A stretch of 64,000 bases of DNA, taken from positions 1 through 64,000 of the forward strand of contig FLMG01001299.1 of the NCBI GenBank assembly GCA_900088475.1, written 5' to 3'. A program made the position numbers and the translations under genes. The stretch comes from Hyphochytrium catenoides (Eukaryota > Protista > Hyphochytriomycota). Below the pieces are notes generated by a model that did no database searches, had not been told where the DNA came from, and was given only the letters and a program-made list of their open reading frames with translations. Shown here piece after piece: positions 27,417 through 41,200 of the stretch (positions within the stretch are counted from its first letter, which is position 1; each line of letters starts with the position of its first letter).

Positions 27417-27754
27417 CACCCCCATGACTTACTCAACTCGAATCGCCAATTATTCTGAATGTTGTTTGCTTCTTCTTCTTCCCAGAAATCCTAGCCGCTA
27501 ACGGTAGGAACCAAGTCACGTTTTCTTCTGAGTCATCAACAGCAACAGGAGAAGCGGAAGAGTCTCTGTGAGAAGCGCCGGTGAGTCATTCACCGCGGCC
27601 TCGATGCTGCCCAAGGCAGAGGAAGCGAAGACCCAAGAGAAGAAGACCTCCAAGACTAATATATTATCTAAGGACATGGCCGGGATAGAGGGCTAAGTAA
27701 GCTGGAGCGATGTGGATTGTCTGAGGTAAAAGGTGGAAGCTCTGGGAAGAGAGA

Positions 27755-29818
27755 ATGCCTGCAGGAGGGAGAAAGAAGCCCTTTAGCGCCAAAGCGAAGA
27801 AGCAGCAGCTTCAAGCGAAGCGCGAAAGACAACGCAAGGCGGTCGAGGAAGCAAATCCTGAGTCTTTTGAGGGCGTCCTCTCGCCCCGAAGTGGACGAGG
27901 AAGAAGGAAGGCCCACGATGTAGAAGGGGCTGCTGCTGAAGAAGGGACGGCAAGACCATTGCAAGGAGGCAGTCCTGGGCTCGGACGCAAGCTTACTACC
28001 ATCTTTGCAAGGGAGTCCGATGAAGAGGTTGCTAGACGGAAGAGCGACGCCACGCGGCGTCTGACTTACCGCTGGACGGAGTCGCCATACGTGGATGGGC
28101 TCTGCGCGAAAGAAAACGATGTAGACATACCTAAACGCCCCCCTTGGGATAAGTCCATGACCCCGGAAATGTTAGAACAGCGGGAGCATGAGGCCTTTGA
28201 CCGCTGGCTCCATGATCTTCAGGAACATTATCCTCTCGGCCGTCTTAACTATTTTGAGCAGAACATCGAGGTGTGGCGGCAGCTGTGGCGGGTCATCGAG
28301 AGGGCTGACATCCTGATCTACATCCTTGACATTCGCTTCCCCCTCATTCATTTTGGACAGAAGTTCTACTCTTACATTAGAGAAGAGCACGGCAAAGAGG
28401 TCGTCCTTTGTCTGAATAAGTGTGACCTTGTCGGTGAGGAGGTTGTTCTAGCCTGGCTTAGCTACTTTAGAAGTATACTTCCTGGTGCGCGGATAACATT
28501 CTTCCATTCAAACAAAGGTGGGAATCCTGGCGCAACTCACTCTGCTGAAGATGCATTTCGGCTTATGGAGACTATTAGCAAGTGCGTAGTCAGTAGGCAA
28601 GGGCGACAAGTGCCTGCCTCTTCCTTTATGGCCGACTATCTGCATGCACTAAGTGTACGGGATGCGCCAGACAAAGAATCGGAACTCCACCTTTCGCAGG
28701 AAGAAAGCGCTGGAGTTCAAGGCTCTATCCCTTTCGAGGAAGAACCGGAGGAAGTCGAGATAGATCAGAGGAAGATGCCGCGGAGGCAAAGGCAGCGGGA
28801 GAGCTATCTGCTTTTGGGCGTGATCGGAGAGCCGAACATGGGAAAATCTACGCTGATGAACAATATCTTCAAACGCAAGGTTGTCAGCCATTCTTCTACA
28901 CCGGGCCATACCAAGCACTTTCAGACGATGTTCCTGACCCCCACTATCTGCTTTTGTGACTCACCGGGGGTTGTTCTTCCAAAGCTAGACGTCCCAAGAG
29001 AGCTTCAGGTAGGGAGGACCTTCATCAGAGACCTTTATAGACACAGGCTGGGAAACAGGACGAACATAATAAGATCTCCGTAAGCCTTGACAAGAGGAGA
29101 TTGAATTGTGGGAGCACTTAGGAAGGGACAGATAGACGAGTGGAGTGACTGCCAGCCTCGTGGCGACAAAGGCTAATGTCGTACTCTCTTGAAGGTGCTC
29201 GTGGGAGTCTATCCTATTGCTCAGACTCGTGAGCCCTACAGTGCGGTCCGCTACCTGGCAGAGCGCTGCTATCCCCCCATACAGGAGGTTTATCGCCTGA
29301 GTCCGGACTATGATCAGGCCGAAGATGACGGTAAGCTAAAGACTCTTAAGATGGCATCTCGTGGCTGAGGAGCTAACTTACCACCTGGTTGATAATCTAT
29401 AGGCAGCCAGCAGGTAGAGGGCACCTGGGTTCCCTCTACCGGCAAGGAATGGTCTCCTTACAGGCTGGCGGAGGCATACGCACTAAAGAGAGGCTTCACT
29501 ACGAAAGGAGGGCGGCCTGACACCTACAGAGCCTGCAACCGCATCCTACGAGATGCAATGAATGGGTGGAAAATTGTCATGGTCTTCATGCCTCCGGACT
29601 GGTACGAGACTCACAAGGATGCATTGCCTCCGACGAGGTGCATGGTAGAGTCAGAGGAGCAAGTCGAGAGCGAGAAAGTTGACCTTTTCTCAGAAGAAGA
29701 TGATCAAGACAGTGATGACGAAGAGCAGGAGCAAGAGACACGTGCAAGCCCTCCAATGGCGGACAGACATCCTACTGCGTCCTTCGCTCTACTGGATGAT
29801 GAAGGCAACGAGGCATAG
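27755..29818 (+). CDS. GNL1: GNL1/LSG1-family circularly permuted GTPase (exons 27755-29008, 29195-~29330, ~29403-29818)
   Basis: N-terminal RKKPFSAKAKKQQLQAKRER, LNYFEQNIEVWRQLWRVIE, G4 NKCD, G1 GEPNMGKST, TPGHTKHFQT, G3 DSPG, GVYPIAQTREPYS and GRPDTYRA.N.IL. Confidence 0.92.
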
Positions 29819-31197
29819 GCGTCAGTGGGAAGCGGGGAAAGCTCTCTACACCGCCGCGCCCTTATAGGAGGTAGATGAGGATCCGCAGGATTCAAGCGAG
29901 GTCCCAAAAGAGGAAGCAGATGGGCGGCCTCCATCGAAGATCACTCCTATCGCATGTTCTGGACGATGCCTTCCTTGGTCATAGGTGAAGGGATCTGCCG
30001 TTGACCTACTCACTGCAAATGGTTTAGGCGCTGCCGGCTTGAATATGTGACCTGCGGAGGCATTCCGAAGCAGGAAACGCAAGCGCAAAACTCTCGAACT
30101 AGCAACGACTCAACTGTCAAGAGACTGTCCGCATGGTGCTTAGTATCTCTTCGACCTCACTGAGTCTTCTTTTCTTCGCCTCATTTCTCTTCAACACCAT
30201 CATTGACGCTTTGTCAGCGACGAGGGGGCAAATTGCGAGTTGGCTGTTCAAGGTGGCCACAGGTTCGGAGGCAGTGTTCCTTTTGTAGGTATAACAGAGA
30301 GGATCTGGCGCACCTTATGAACATGGCAACCGCTGGGAGAAAGAAGGCGGAGCTTGGAACATGACGGCGCGCAGCAGAGGCTATCATAATCTTATAAGTC
30401 AGAGAAGAGCAACCACGAAAAGCGCTGTTCGCTAGACCTCATCACCGCTGCCTATGGCGGAGGACATAGTGGAGACTGAATGTGAAGCCCAGATGTCCCT
30501 GCCGCTCCAAGACTGGTACAGCCTCAAGACTGGTGGCCACCGAGATGGATGCCAGGAAGACAGCAGCCGTCCTCAGAGCAGTTTTCATTATTAGGTGAAG
30601 CAAGTTCTAGGTTCAGTTCGAGCAGTGACTGCCTTACCCTCTTTTCCCCACACTGCACTTTCCCATAAGCAGCATCAACGTCTTCCACTCACTGCCTTCG
30701 CTTTGTTGATGAGATTCATGAAGGGGAAAACGAGATGATTGTGGCATGGCAACGGAGGATTGTCACGCGGAAGGAGTCCTCCGAATGTCCTTCCTCTGCT
30801 TCCCCTTCCCTCTACGTCGTCAAGAACATAAAAGAGACGCTCTGCAAGACTCACAATGACAGACAGATTCCCTGTGATATTACATTAAAAGGTTGAGCGG
30901 CATCGGACTGTTGAGCTACCGGATGTATCCGCAGAATGCCAGATGAGGGAAAGACGGAAAACACCGAGAGAGTGCTGTGCTTGGTAGACGCTGCTTCCAA
31001 AAAGACCGAAGAATCTCTCCAGAAGAAGGAGAGCCAGAAGATTTTGCTCCAGCTTCTCATGAGCTTCGACCGATAGTGAGCCAAACCTCTTGTTGCTGCT
31101 GATCCAATTCATCTTTGAGAGTCCAAATATGGGTTAGACTGTCGCGTGATCAGTTGGAGATCTTCTTCTCATCTACCCAGGACAGGGACAGGACACG

Positions 31198-31342
31198 CGA
31201 GAAAGAGAGAGAGAGAGACACGGAGAGAAAGAGAGAGAGAGAGAAAGTTGCCCCATCAACTCCATAGATCTTCAATAGGGGAGAGACATTAGACAGACAC
31301 GGAGACACAGAGAGAGAGAGAGAGAGAGGAACAGAGAGAGAA

Positions 31343-31381
<39 letters not shown>

Positions 31382-31903
31382 AGAACTCTTGCTGCTCTTG
31401 GACGTGCGGTTGCTGATACACACAGCTCGGCTTCTTATTCTTCTTGTTGTATCTAGTGGCGCTCTGACTCTTCAAGTTGCTACTCTGTTTACTGCTTCAT
31501 CTAAAAATACTGCATAGTACCGTGTATCTGCAGAGTTGTAGCCATATCTTGGTGCCACTCTTCCTAGCCCTTCTGAAGGTCTGGGGTGTGTTCTATCATC
31601 AAATAGCAGTAATAATGCTATGCTCACAATAACACATATATGATACCTTTGATTGTAATAATAGGGAGAGGTAGGGGGCAGACTTGATGGAAACTGGCTC
31701 TCCGGCGAGACAGACAAAGAGAGGGAAGACAGAGAGTGTGAGAGCGAAAGAAAGAGCAGAAGAACGCGCGAGACAGAATGTACGAGAACTACAGAGATTC
31801 TCTAGGCACAACCCTCAAGAGAGAGACGCACACAGCGAAAGGAGATGTGTGTTGAGAGAGAAAAGATAGATCGTATGTGGAGGGAAAAGAGAACGACGGA
31901 GAG

Positions 31904-31951
<48 letters not shown>

Positions 31952-32209
31952 GAAGAGGGGTTGTGATGCTTTCAGATGGAGATGAACCAGGTCAAACGGT
32001 ATGGCGAGCTCCTAGAAAGAGAGACGGTCAAAGTCTTCTCTGGTCCTTTCCTCCTTCTTTCTCCTGATCCCACCTGCACCACAGAGAACGAACCGACGGG
32101 AACACCAGCGAGAAAGAGAGAGAGGCGGACAGAGGGAGAGAGACAGAGAGATAGAAGAGCCCTTGTTGGTAAGGACAGGGGAGAAAGAGAGACAAGGAGG
32201 GCGAGGAAA

Positions 32210-32244
<35 letters not shown>

Positions 32245-32430
32245 AAGAGACAGGATATGCAAAAGATCAGGGCGCACTGATGTGTTGGGAGGAAGACTGG
32301 AAGTGCTGAGACCAGAGGATCAATCTGTGCAGTTCAGGGTCTTCCCCATATCTCGAACTCGGCACAGCCGCGCCAACAGAGAAGAGAGAGAAAGAGCAAG
32401 AGAGAGAGAGGGAGAAAGAGCGAGAGAGAA
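31198..32430. repeat. Cluster of (GA)n microsatellites and GA-rich low-complexity sequence
   Basis: Directly visible at ~31200, 31300-31380, 31900-31960, 32210-32250 and 32380-32430. Confidence 0.9.
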
Positions 32431-32581
32431 GAGTATCAGCATTATCAAGAGCTCGTCTCTCCTTAATTTCTTGCTGTTTCCTTCTTCCAAAGGATCTTCT
32501 TCAGCCAGAGATCGCCCGCGCTCTAATGTTCAGACAGTAGGGTCCTCGGGGTTCTGAGGCGCAGAGGACGGAGACAGGAAG

Positions 32582-33691
32582 ATGCTGAGAGCTCCTGATG
32601 AAAGCGTGGAAAGAAAGAGCTTCGAGAGCTTTGTCAGCGCTCGGCATGAGGAAGAGAGGAAGAGAGCTGCCTCTCTTCTGACAATCGTCCCTTTCTCCTC
32701 TAATAACAGCACGCAGGCGGGTCCTCTCATCCACGCGGTAAACGTTACTCCTGTTGGAGACACAGCGGCACAGAAGCAGCCCGTCCCTTCGTCTCTCTCT
32801 TCTTCTCGTCATGGCCGACCACGGTCATTGACAGCTCCCACTGCTGCTCTTCCTCTCTGTCTCTCTTCTTCTGCCTATCAGGACCCTACACAGTCTCTCC
32901 CTCTCTCTTCTTCTCCCTTTCCTCAGAGACTAGGGAAGATGGGCCGCCATCTGAGCCTCAACCTCCAGGTAAGCGCGCCTACCATTTCCTACGCCACACG
33001 GCAGGAGAAGGGCGCTGTATACTATCCCATCATTCTCTCCGAGAAAACCGCACGCAGACCGGAGCACACAGTCTCTAGAAGGTACTCAGACTTTGCAGCG
33101 CTGCAGAAAGAGCTCATCGCCACCTGTGAGGGAGACGGACGGCCCGATGGATATGCGCTAGGGCTGGCTATCAGACAGATTCCTTTCCCTTCTCGGGGTT
33201 TCTTCGAGTACCGCTACCATCCAGAGCTCATCGAGAGACGGAGAGCGATGTTCCAGCACTTTCTTCATGAAGTTCTGCGGTGGTCTGCCAACGGGATGTT
33301 CTGTGCCAGACTTAGACGGCAGCTGACGAATCTTCTGGAAGGCTTTCTGGAGCTTTCCAAGGTGCTGCAGCCTCAAGCAGCTGGGCTGGAGATGGCATCT
33401 GAGCGACGGAGGCCGGAGTTACTCGTGATCCAGGAGAAGGAGAACGAGTCCATGTGCAGCTCTGACAGTCTCTTCTTAGAGATGCTTTCCGCTGCAGAGG
33501 ACTCTCAGGAGGTCTCAAGCTATAGCATCAGCGTCGGAGAGGCGTCCAAGCCGATGATGGGCAGCGCTTTTAGCTGTCATCGGCAGCCCCTAGAGCCTCC
33601 AAGTCTTGGGGAGCCCGTAGGAGGAAGGAGTCGACGGCATACGACAGATCTCTCAGTCCATAGAATCAGTCCCACAGACAGGAGCAGATAG
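32582..33691 (+). CDS. PX (Phox homology) domain protein
   Basis: VYYPI...TVSRRYSDFAALQKEL...IPFPSRG....PELIERRRAMFQHFLHEV. The true 5' end is uncertain. Confidence 0.8.
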   Translation: MLRAPDESVERKSFESFVSARHEEERKRAASLLTIVPFSSNNSTQAGPLIHAVNVTPVGDTAAQKQPVPSSLSSSRHGRPRSLTAPTAALPLCLSSSAYQDPTQSLPLSSSPFPQRLGKMGRHLSLNLQVSAPTISYATRQEKGAVYYPIILSEKTARRPEHTVSRRYSDFAALQKELIATCEGDGRPDGYALGLAIRQIPFPSRGFFEYRYHPELIERRRAMFQHFLHEVLRWSANGMFCARLRRQLTNLLEGFLELSKVLQPQAAGLEMASERRRPELLVIQEKENESMCSSDSLFLEMLSAAEDSQEVSSYSISVGEASKPMMGSAFSCHRQPLEPPSLGEPVGGRSRRHTTDLSVHRISPTDRSR

Positions 33692-34163
33692 CACGAGGTT
33701 GTCTTCAATCTCTCTCTGTCTCTCTCGCCGTTGCTTGTCTCTTTAGTCTAATAGAGGTCCGTACTAAGCTTTTCTTTCCCAATGTCTCTTTGTCCTACCG
33801 CCGGGTATCCAGGCCCATGTAGAAGTATCAGCAGCAAGATATGTCTATCAAGTTATAATAAGAATTCAATATAAAGCCAAAGAATAGATAGCGACGCGCT
33901 TTAAGCGGACGCTTCTTGGCCTTTGCTATCTACAGAAAGAGGCCAAGGTTCTGCCGCATAGAGCCACCGTGATGACCTTCCAGGCGTCACACGGCTCCAT
34001 TATAATGGACAGAGAGAGGGGCGACAAGAGGAAGAAGACTGGAATAAGTGTGACTGATATTGAGCAGAGATATTCTATGCGAGAGCACTTGGGATGACAC
34101 TTAGGACTGATGGTCTCTTGTGGGACCTGCTCTCTCTGTACGTTCTGCTGCTGGCTCAGCGGC

Positions 34164-34358
34164 TTAAGAGCGAAGGCGCATCTGACTCCTCACTCTTGAG
34201 ATCTCCCGCTGATAGTGCTCTAGCTGTCTCTCTAGCTCTTCCTTGCGCCGCTTGTCGCGCAGCGTGCGGCAGGCAGATTGCGATAGCTTCTCGTACTCCA
34301 TGTCCATCTGCACAAAAGCAGCATGAGAGGAAGTAGATGGCAATATTATGGGCCTGCG

Positions 34359-34411
<53 letters not shown>

Positions 34412-37402
34412 GCTATCCCTCTCTACCTATCTGTCTGTTCCTCAAGCACACCCTCTCTCATCTTCGGCAGGGAGCGTTGCTTCTATCTCTACTGCTCACA
34501 TTCGGCTTTCTACCCCGTCTACCATCCATCGAACAGACCTTTCTCTGTTCAATCTGCAATGATTGCAGCAAGTCATTTAGTTGAGAGAGTGTCTTGGCTT
34601 CTGAGATCACTCTCTGCCTTTCATTGGCATAGGGCGCTGATAGCGCGACATCCAGCTGACCTTCATCGTCTAAGCCGCTCTGGAAGCGCTTCTGCAGCAG
34701 ATCACTTAGGGATATACTGCCGGAAGTCGTATTTGATCGGCCCCAGGCATCAGGGGCAAGCTCTGCGGTACCCAGAGTGAGATGCTGAGCTATGTTTGGA
34801 GATTAAGAAGAGAGAGTCGGCATGTTTACCTTGATCCGGACTCGAGGTGAAAGGTACTTCCGCTTTTGTGATGGTTGAGAATGGCGGTGGGGGAGAGAGA
34901 GAGAGCTTTAGAGTATCGCTGCCCTCATTTCGAAGAAGGTCAGCAAGGGATCTAACGCCGCTAGAACTGGATTGAGTGCCCATAGTTCCAGAAATCGCTT
35001 CGTCTTCTGGGAGTTCAACAGGCCCCGTAGCTCTGTACCCTTGCTCTTCTTGATTCTCTCTGTCTCTATCCGAACGGTCTCGTTCTCTGTCTCTTTCCCT
35101 CTTTTCTTCCTTGTAGGCTGATCCTTTCAATGGCGCCAATGGGCTGCTTCTTCCTATGTCAATCTCCGCTTCTTTTCCATGTCTTCGCGGAGGGGTCTGA
35201 TAGGCTGCAACGACTGAGGGACTTCCTTCTTTCTGATGCTTGAAACCTGGACTTGCGAAGGCTGCGCCTGAGTCCGTACGAAGAGTTTCAGATCCCCAGA
35301 AGGGGAGAGAAGACGCGTTCCATCGCTCGTGGAAGCGACTCGGCTTTGATGGTCTCCAATCATCCTATGTTTAGATGGATTAGCCGTCATCCGTCACAAG
35401 GGTTAACCTGATAGGGAATGGGGTTTGCAGGATGAACTTATGGCTTACTTCGTGGTCTCGTCCCAGTCCCGACGGGCCATAGAGTTGCGAAGTCTTTTCA
35501 GCTGCTCCGACCTTACTGGCTCCTGCTGTCACGAGACCTTGAACGCCAGCCTTTGTAGGACTTACTATTCTGTCAGTATCGTGTCTTGTCCATCTTTCGC
35601 TCAAGCTGTAATCCTCGTCCTGTTCTCTCCTGCGCTCCGCTGTCCTCTCTGCTGCTAGCTGCGTGGTGACTCTTTGCTTCTCTTGCTGGGCATGGAGCTC
35701 TCTGTGTATCTCTTCGAGCTGTTGCTGGAGCGTTGCGATTGTCCTTTCTTGGCTGAGCAATTGCTCTCTTAAGCGCTCATTACTTTCCTCTTTAGAAAAT
35801 AGGTGCAAGGATTGTTGTCTAGATGTCTCCTAAGGCCAGACGTGCCGTTAGTGACGAGACAGAGGGCAATAGGGTTAACGCTGTGGCGCGGCAGGCGCAG
35901 GAGACTGACCTTGTGCTCCTCGCTGGTCTTCTTTAACGCTTCAAGGGCCGCTTTGAGCTCTTCCAGCTATATAAAGGCGGCATCAATGAACAAGAAGAGT
36001 CTATGATCTCTGAAGCCTGAGGACAGTCATCTCTCTCTCGCTACACTGAGTCCCAGTCTGACCACTGAAGCTTCTCTCACTCTCACACACACTCTCTCTC
36101 TCTCTCTCTGTGGCTCTCTCTCTTTCTTCCTCTCTAGCCAATTCGAAGTCATTCGCTCTCGATGCAAACCTCCTTTTTGCTGTTCCTCCCTTACCTCCTT
36201 ATCTTTGGCCGCCACAAGCTGCGTCAATCGCATTCTCTCCTCCAGCAAGGCTCCTGCCTCCTCCTGCTGACCATTCTTGAGCCTCTCCAACTCTTGATGG
36301 GCTCGTATGAGTTCCTCATCCCGCGTGCCCAACAACCGGCGGGTCGACTTCAAAAGAGGAAGAGAGAGAGAGAACATCGTGGTCACATACAGTGCCACAT
36401 TGAAGAGCTACCCGGCAAATAGAGACATGCCCACGCTATTGAGCCAAAGGGGCCATGACAGATAAGCTGAGACAAGGTTACAGTCGCTAATGGGAGATGC
36501 AGCCTCAGAAAGAGAGAGCCAGAAGAGCAGCGTCTGCATGGACGTAGTTGAGACAAATAAGGTGGTACAGAAGGTTGAGAGCGTGACACTGAGTCAAAGG
36601 ATCATGTTGTTACCTCCAATTCCGCTGCCAAATCTGCCACTCTCTTTCTTCCTTCGGCAGCTATCTCCTCAGCCCTCTGGACCATCCTGCCGAGCTCCTG
36701 TTCATAATGTTGACGAAGGTCAGACACTTGGCGGGCGTGTCTTGACGACGCTACGATACGATCCCGCTGCAGAGCCAGCAGCTGGTGCTCCAACAACGTG
36801 TCAATTCCAGGAGAAGGCAGAGAGGCGAAAGAAGGAGAAGGAATGCCCTGAGAAGCTCTGGCATAGGGAAAGAGCTGCCGCAGTAGGTCATCTGAAGAAG
36901 CACGAGCATGGGTTCCATAGAACGATTCATTCCGTCCTTCACTTCCTACTGAAGCGATTGAGATGTTCAGCAGATCTTTCTGACTCCTTGCGAATGGCTC
37001 TTGGACGGAGTGCGAGGGCAGAGACTGCCCTCTAGAAGGAGGAGGAGGTGGAGGAGGAGGTGGCAACGGAAAAGCGGCGCTCCCAACCAAAGGGAGAGGC
37101 AGCTGCTCCGCCCCAGTATTGGGGACTTGGCTAGAGGGATAGACGAGCTGAGACTGGCTAGGAAGCTCTCTGTCATAAACCTCCAACGGAACACTGTCTA
37201 AGCTCTCTATGAGTGCAGAAGCTGTCGATGAACCAGCTGCAGGCGAGTAATCATTGCCTGCCGCCAGCTGGTTATCTTCATTTGCCCTAGTAGAAGGAGT
37301 AGGAAGAGTGTCTCTTTGGCTCTGACTTCTTTTCAAGAACTCTGTCAGCGAGGTAAAGCCTTCGGAGCTCCTCGCCTCTGTGCCCTGACCAAACCTGTCC
37401 AT
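34164..37402 (-). CDS. Multi-exon coiled-coil protein with MPHOSPH9/enkurin-like C-terminal motif
   Basis: ORFs 36602-37402, 36027-36398, 35380-35808 and 34750-35139 join via GT-AG introns. Reconstructed C-terminus: LNDLLQSLQIEQRK|MDMEYEKLSQSACRTLRDKRRKEELERQLEHYQREISRVRSQMRLRS*. Confidence 0.65.
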
Positions 37403-38223
37403 TTAACTAAGCAGGCCCTGGTCTCCGCTCTAGAGTCTAGCTGGCAGCTGTACCAAGTATATTTGAGTCGCAAGGGCACGGCTCATTCCCCATACCCCTG
37501 GACATTATAAAGCTGGGCGCACCGAGGGATACGTGCAAGAGAGAGCACTGACTGGCCGATTGTGCTATGACCTGCTCCGCTCACTCAAGCAAAGCTCTGC
37601 GGCCTGCTTCCAATCCTACTCTTCTTGTCAGCTTTAGGACTAGGGAAGCCAAGCCAGCAGACCTTTCTCTCATTCTTGAGGCGGAGGTGGCGAGCGGGTC
37701 CTCCTTCCTCCGCAGCGCTGGTCATCGGTGATGTTTGGAAGAGTGGCAGATGCTTCCGAACTTCAAAGTGGTCATATTACTAATAATCCTGACATATCAT
37801 GTTACATCTGGCAGAGGAGCTTACAAAGCCCAACGGATTCTAAATATCTGTTCCCGCCAGACATCTACAGATAGAGCTTTTGAAGATTGATTATTGCCAA
37901 GCAAACACGGTGATGACTCCTCATAGGAGGTCTTTCTAACATTGAGAACAGAGAGCTGAACAGAGAGAGGACTTCTGACGGTGGCGCCATCCTTGGAGGC
38001 GAGGAGCTACATGATGATTTCCCATAGTCTTACTCTACTGGTGGGCACCGAAGGTTGCGGCTAAGCATTGGGCAAGAAGCCCACCAAAACTTGCTCGTGA
38101 GAATCCCCCAGCGACATGGATCAGAGAGGTTTACGTCTGTGTGCTGCTAGAATCAACAAGCCATCCATGCTTCTTAAGGTTCAGACTCAAAAGATGGAGC
38201 CTGACAGTTTTAGCTGAGGATTA

Positions 38224-41200
38224 TCATGCGTCGATCCCATTTTCTTTCTTCATGAGCTTCCCATCAAGTTGCTCCGACTCCTCACTGTCCATTCTGTGCC
38301 CTGGAGAACACGCTAAAGCGGTCCTCCGATAGTCTGACACTATCTTTCGGAGTATTGCCTTCTTCCTATCAAACATCACCCGGACTGCTGCAGGAATACT
38401 TGGTATAGATCCCAACACTAGGAAAAAGACCAGGACGTTCATGTGCTCAAACAGCACGAAGAAGAGGAACCGAGACTGGAACGTCACGCAGTCAAAGTTG
38501 GGATGCATGCTGGCCGGTGAGAAGGATAGAGAGAAAGTCAATTCAAGGGATAGATGACAGAAGTGAAGAAAAGTACAATGAGGAAAGGAGACTTTGAATG
38601 ACGAACAAAGCCAAAGACCCTAGATAGAACTGGCAGCTACGATTCGCAAAAAGAGGGAGAGAGAGACAGAGAGAGAGGGAGAGAGAAGAGAGAGAGAGAG
38701 AGAGAGANNNNNNNNNNNNNNNNNNNNNNNNNNNNNNNNNNNNNNNNNNNNNCGTATGCCGTAGAGACACAGTGTATGGAACATAAAGCAATAAGGGGAC
38801 AGAGTGAACACCTTCAAGAAGACGCTTTACCTTGAGAAAGGGAGCCAATTGGTTAGCTTCGCGCAATCGCCCCAAAGCTGCTCGAGCTCTCCAGTGCTGA
38901 GGCAGACCAACAAGGGCACCAACACGAGGGCTATGAGGTTGCTAATGGTAAGCATGTCAGCCCACGGGCCTATACCCCTTGCGCGATTGGGCACAGGGCG
39001 CTGTTTATCCAGACAGAGATGGAAGGCGTGGCCGCGTATGGCGACAACGTTGAATATCTGGAGCAAATAGTGGCGATAGATCCGTCAGTTAAAGGACATC
39101 ACTAAACACACAGAATAGAGAACAAACGCCTGACCGATGACTAGCACGAGGATAAAGGATTTACCTATCCAATGACCGAGCACGATGACAACGAAAGTTC
39201 AAGCAAACGCAAGGTATAAAAGAGGATGAGAGAGAAGAAGGGGAAGAGAGATGGAGAGTACAAGATAGAGGTGATGGGGTTCGACCTACCATAGCGACTA
39301 ATCCACAGAGAGGCCAGATGACCGAGAACATGGTGACATAACCCTACGTGGATAGGTGGTTGCGAATAGATAAAAGTCAAGAGTGTCAGGTCATCCGCGA
39401 GAGAGGTAAGCAGATAAGCTTTTGACGTACAAATTGTATGACGAGCCGTAGATACGGTGCGTCAGTAAGGCGCGTGCTAGGGGGAAGTTGAGCCTCGAGC
39501 ATTATATCGTCCACGGTTTGAAGGCCTGATTGTCAGTAGAGGTGGAAAAAAATGCAACCGCGGACAAAGGAAATCAGTTGGATGAATGCCGCTCAGATAG
39601 CTATCTTGAATACAGACCCATACCATCATTTTCTATGGATGCGAGCACAGGGATATCAACGGCCAAGCTTGAGGCAAGCTGGGCGAGCCGTTGACGTTGT
39701 GACTCATCTTCTACTGCGGCGTATTGAGTCTGAAAAGGGAGAGCAAAAGGGTGGCTTAGCTTTCGTGTAAGGCGGATGGCTGGTAGTGGAATGTACGGAG
39801 GAGACCTCCAAGAGAGTTTACCTACCTTAGCAGGAGGGTCTGGCAGTTTGTCTTTCGTCACTTCAGCTAATGAGGAAGAGTCATTTTTCAGAAGGGGCTC
39901 TGTCTCTCCATTTGCTATGTCCCCAGAGTCAATCCCTGAGCGGGCTAGCTTCTTCCTAGACGATCTTCTTCTAGCCTTTACCTCTCTGAAGCACTTTGAG
40001 CAGCGGAATATCTTGTCCCTGATCCATGATACCACTATTGTCTCAAGCAAGAGGTTCAGAAACTGAGTCACGAGTAGAGGTGTCACCAGCATGGTGCTCA
40101 TGTCGAACCGTGTAGGTTGCCAGATTGTCCCAAGAGAAGGAGAGACCTGGGAAAGAGCGAACTCGAGGATGCCTCCAAATGGCACGAAGATGAAAGCGAT
40201 GAAGAGGTACCAGAGATAATAGGAGATGTAGTTGAGAACAAAGAGCCTGCGGATGGTGTGGCGTTGCACCTCACGCTCTGTCTTATAGTTCTCGCGTTGT
40301 ATGCTGTAGAAGAGCAGCTTCTCCGACACCAGGGTTACGAATACATCTAGCAGAAGACCTAACAGAATGCCCTAGGACAATGTCAGGCGTCATAAAGATA
40401 TCAGATAAGAAGATAAGGGTCACAGATGGAAAGGATAAGGAAATCAAGAAAGAACCTTTCACGAAGGAGGAACGAAAGATAGCGCTGGCATATCGAACGT
40501 GACGGTAAGAGAGAGATGAGAGAGAGAGAGAGAGGCGAAGGGAGAGAGGGGATCAGTCCAAATAGGCGATAATGACACCAAGAGTAAGAAAATTTTGAGG
40601 GGCACGCGATCAAACACGCACAAAGAGAAGAAGAACCGAGAGGGGCAGATAGGTCGGTCAGTTGGCAGCTGCTACCAAGCTAATCTACCTGGATAAGAAC
40701 ATAAGCCCATCTGGCGGAGCCCAATGTGGCAAACTCGGTGTTAAAGCATGAAAGAAAGCCGCTGCACTCGGGACACTCCTCACAAGTAGGTATCATAATG
40801 CTGATGATATACCACTGGACAAAGAACAGCGTGCCCAACATGTACACTAGAAGGCAGAGAGAGATAGAAAGGGTGTAGCAGCAGCGTGGAACAAATCTTT
40901 TCCACTCCGGATAATAGCTCTCCCGCATCAGAACAGAACCATCTGCGTCAACCACGCTCCGGGTGCCGCTGGGCTTAAACTTGGGGTTCGGACTGTCCAT
41001 TTCATGGAGCCTGGAAGGGAACGGTTAGTAAGGGCCTTTGAGGTATGACACCTTACTCCAGCGACATTTGTAGGGGTAAGAGAGAGTCCCAGAGCTCTGA
41101 GTGGAGTGCTCTGCAACCGAGGTAAAAGAGAGAGATAGAGCTGAAGATTGGTGGTAGGTACAGTGGTAGAGCACAAGCAGGATGAGCGCAGAATAATTGA

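Noticed and set aside
26990-27436. SLSLSL/ERERER ORFs here and at ~31270, 31970, 34320 and 63300
   Set aside because: Translation artefacts of (GA/TC)n microsatellites.
29830-31170. Short ORFs on both strands after GNL1, including a signal-peptide-like 48-aa ORF near 30590 (minus)
   Set aside because: No recognisable domain and no consistent splice model.
31976-32557. 193-aa ORF upstream of the PX gene
   Set aside because: Largely GA-repeat-derived, and I could not support it as a gene or a PX exon.
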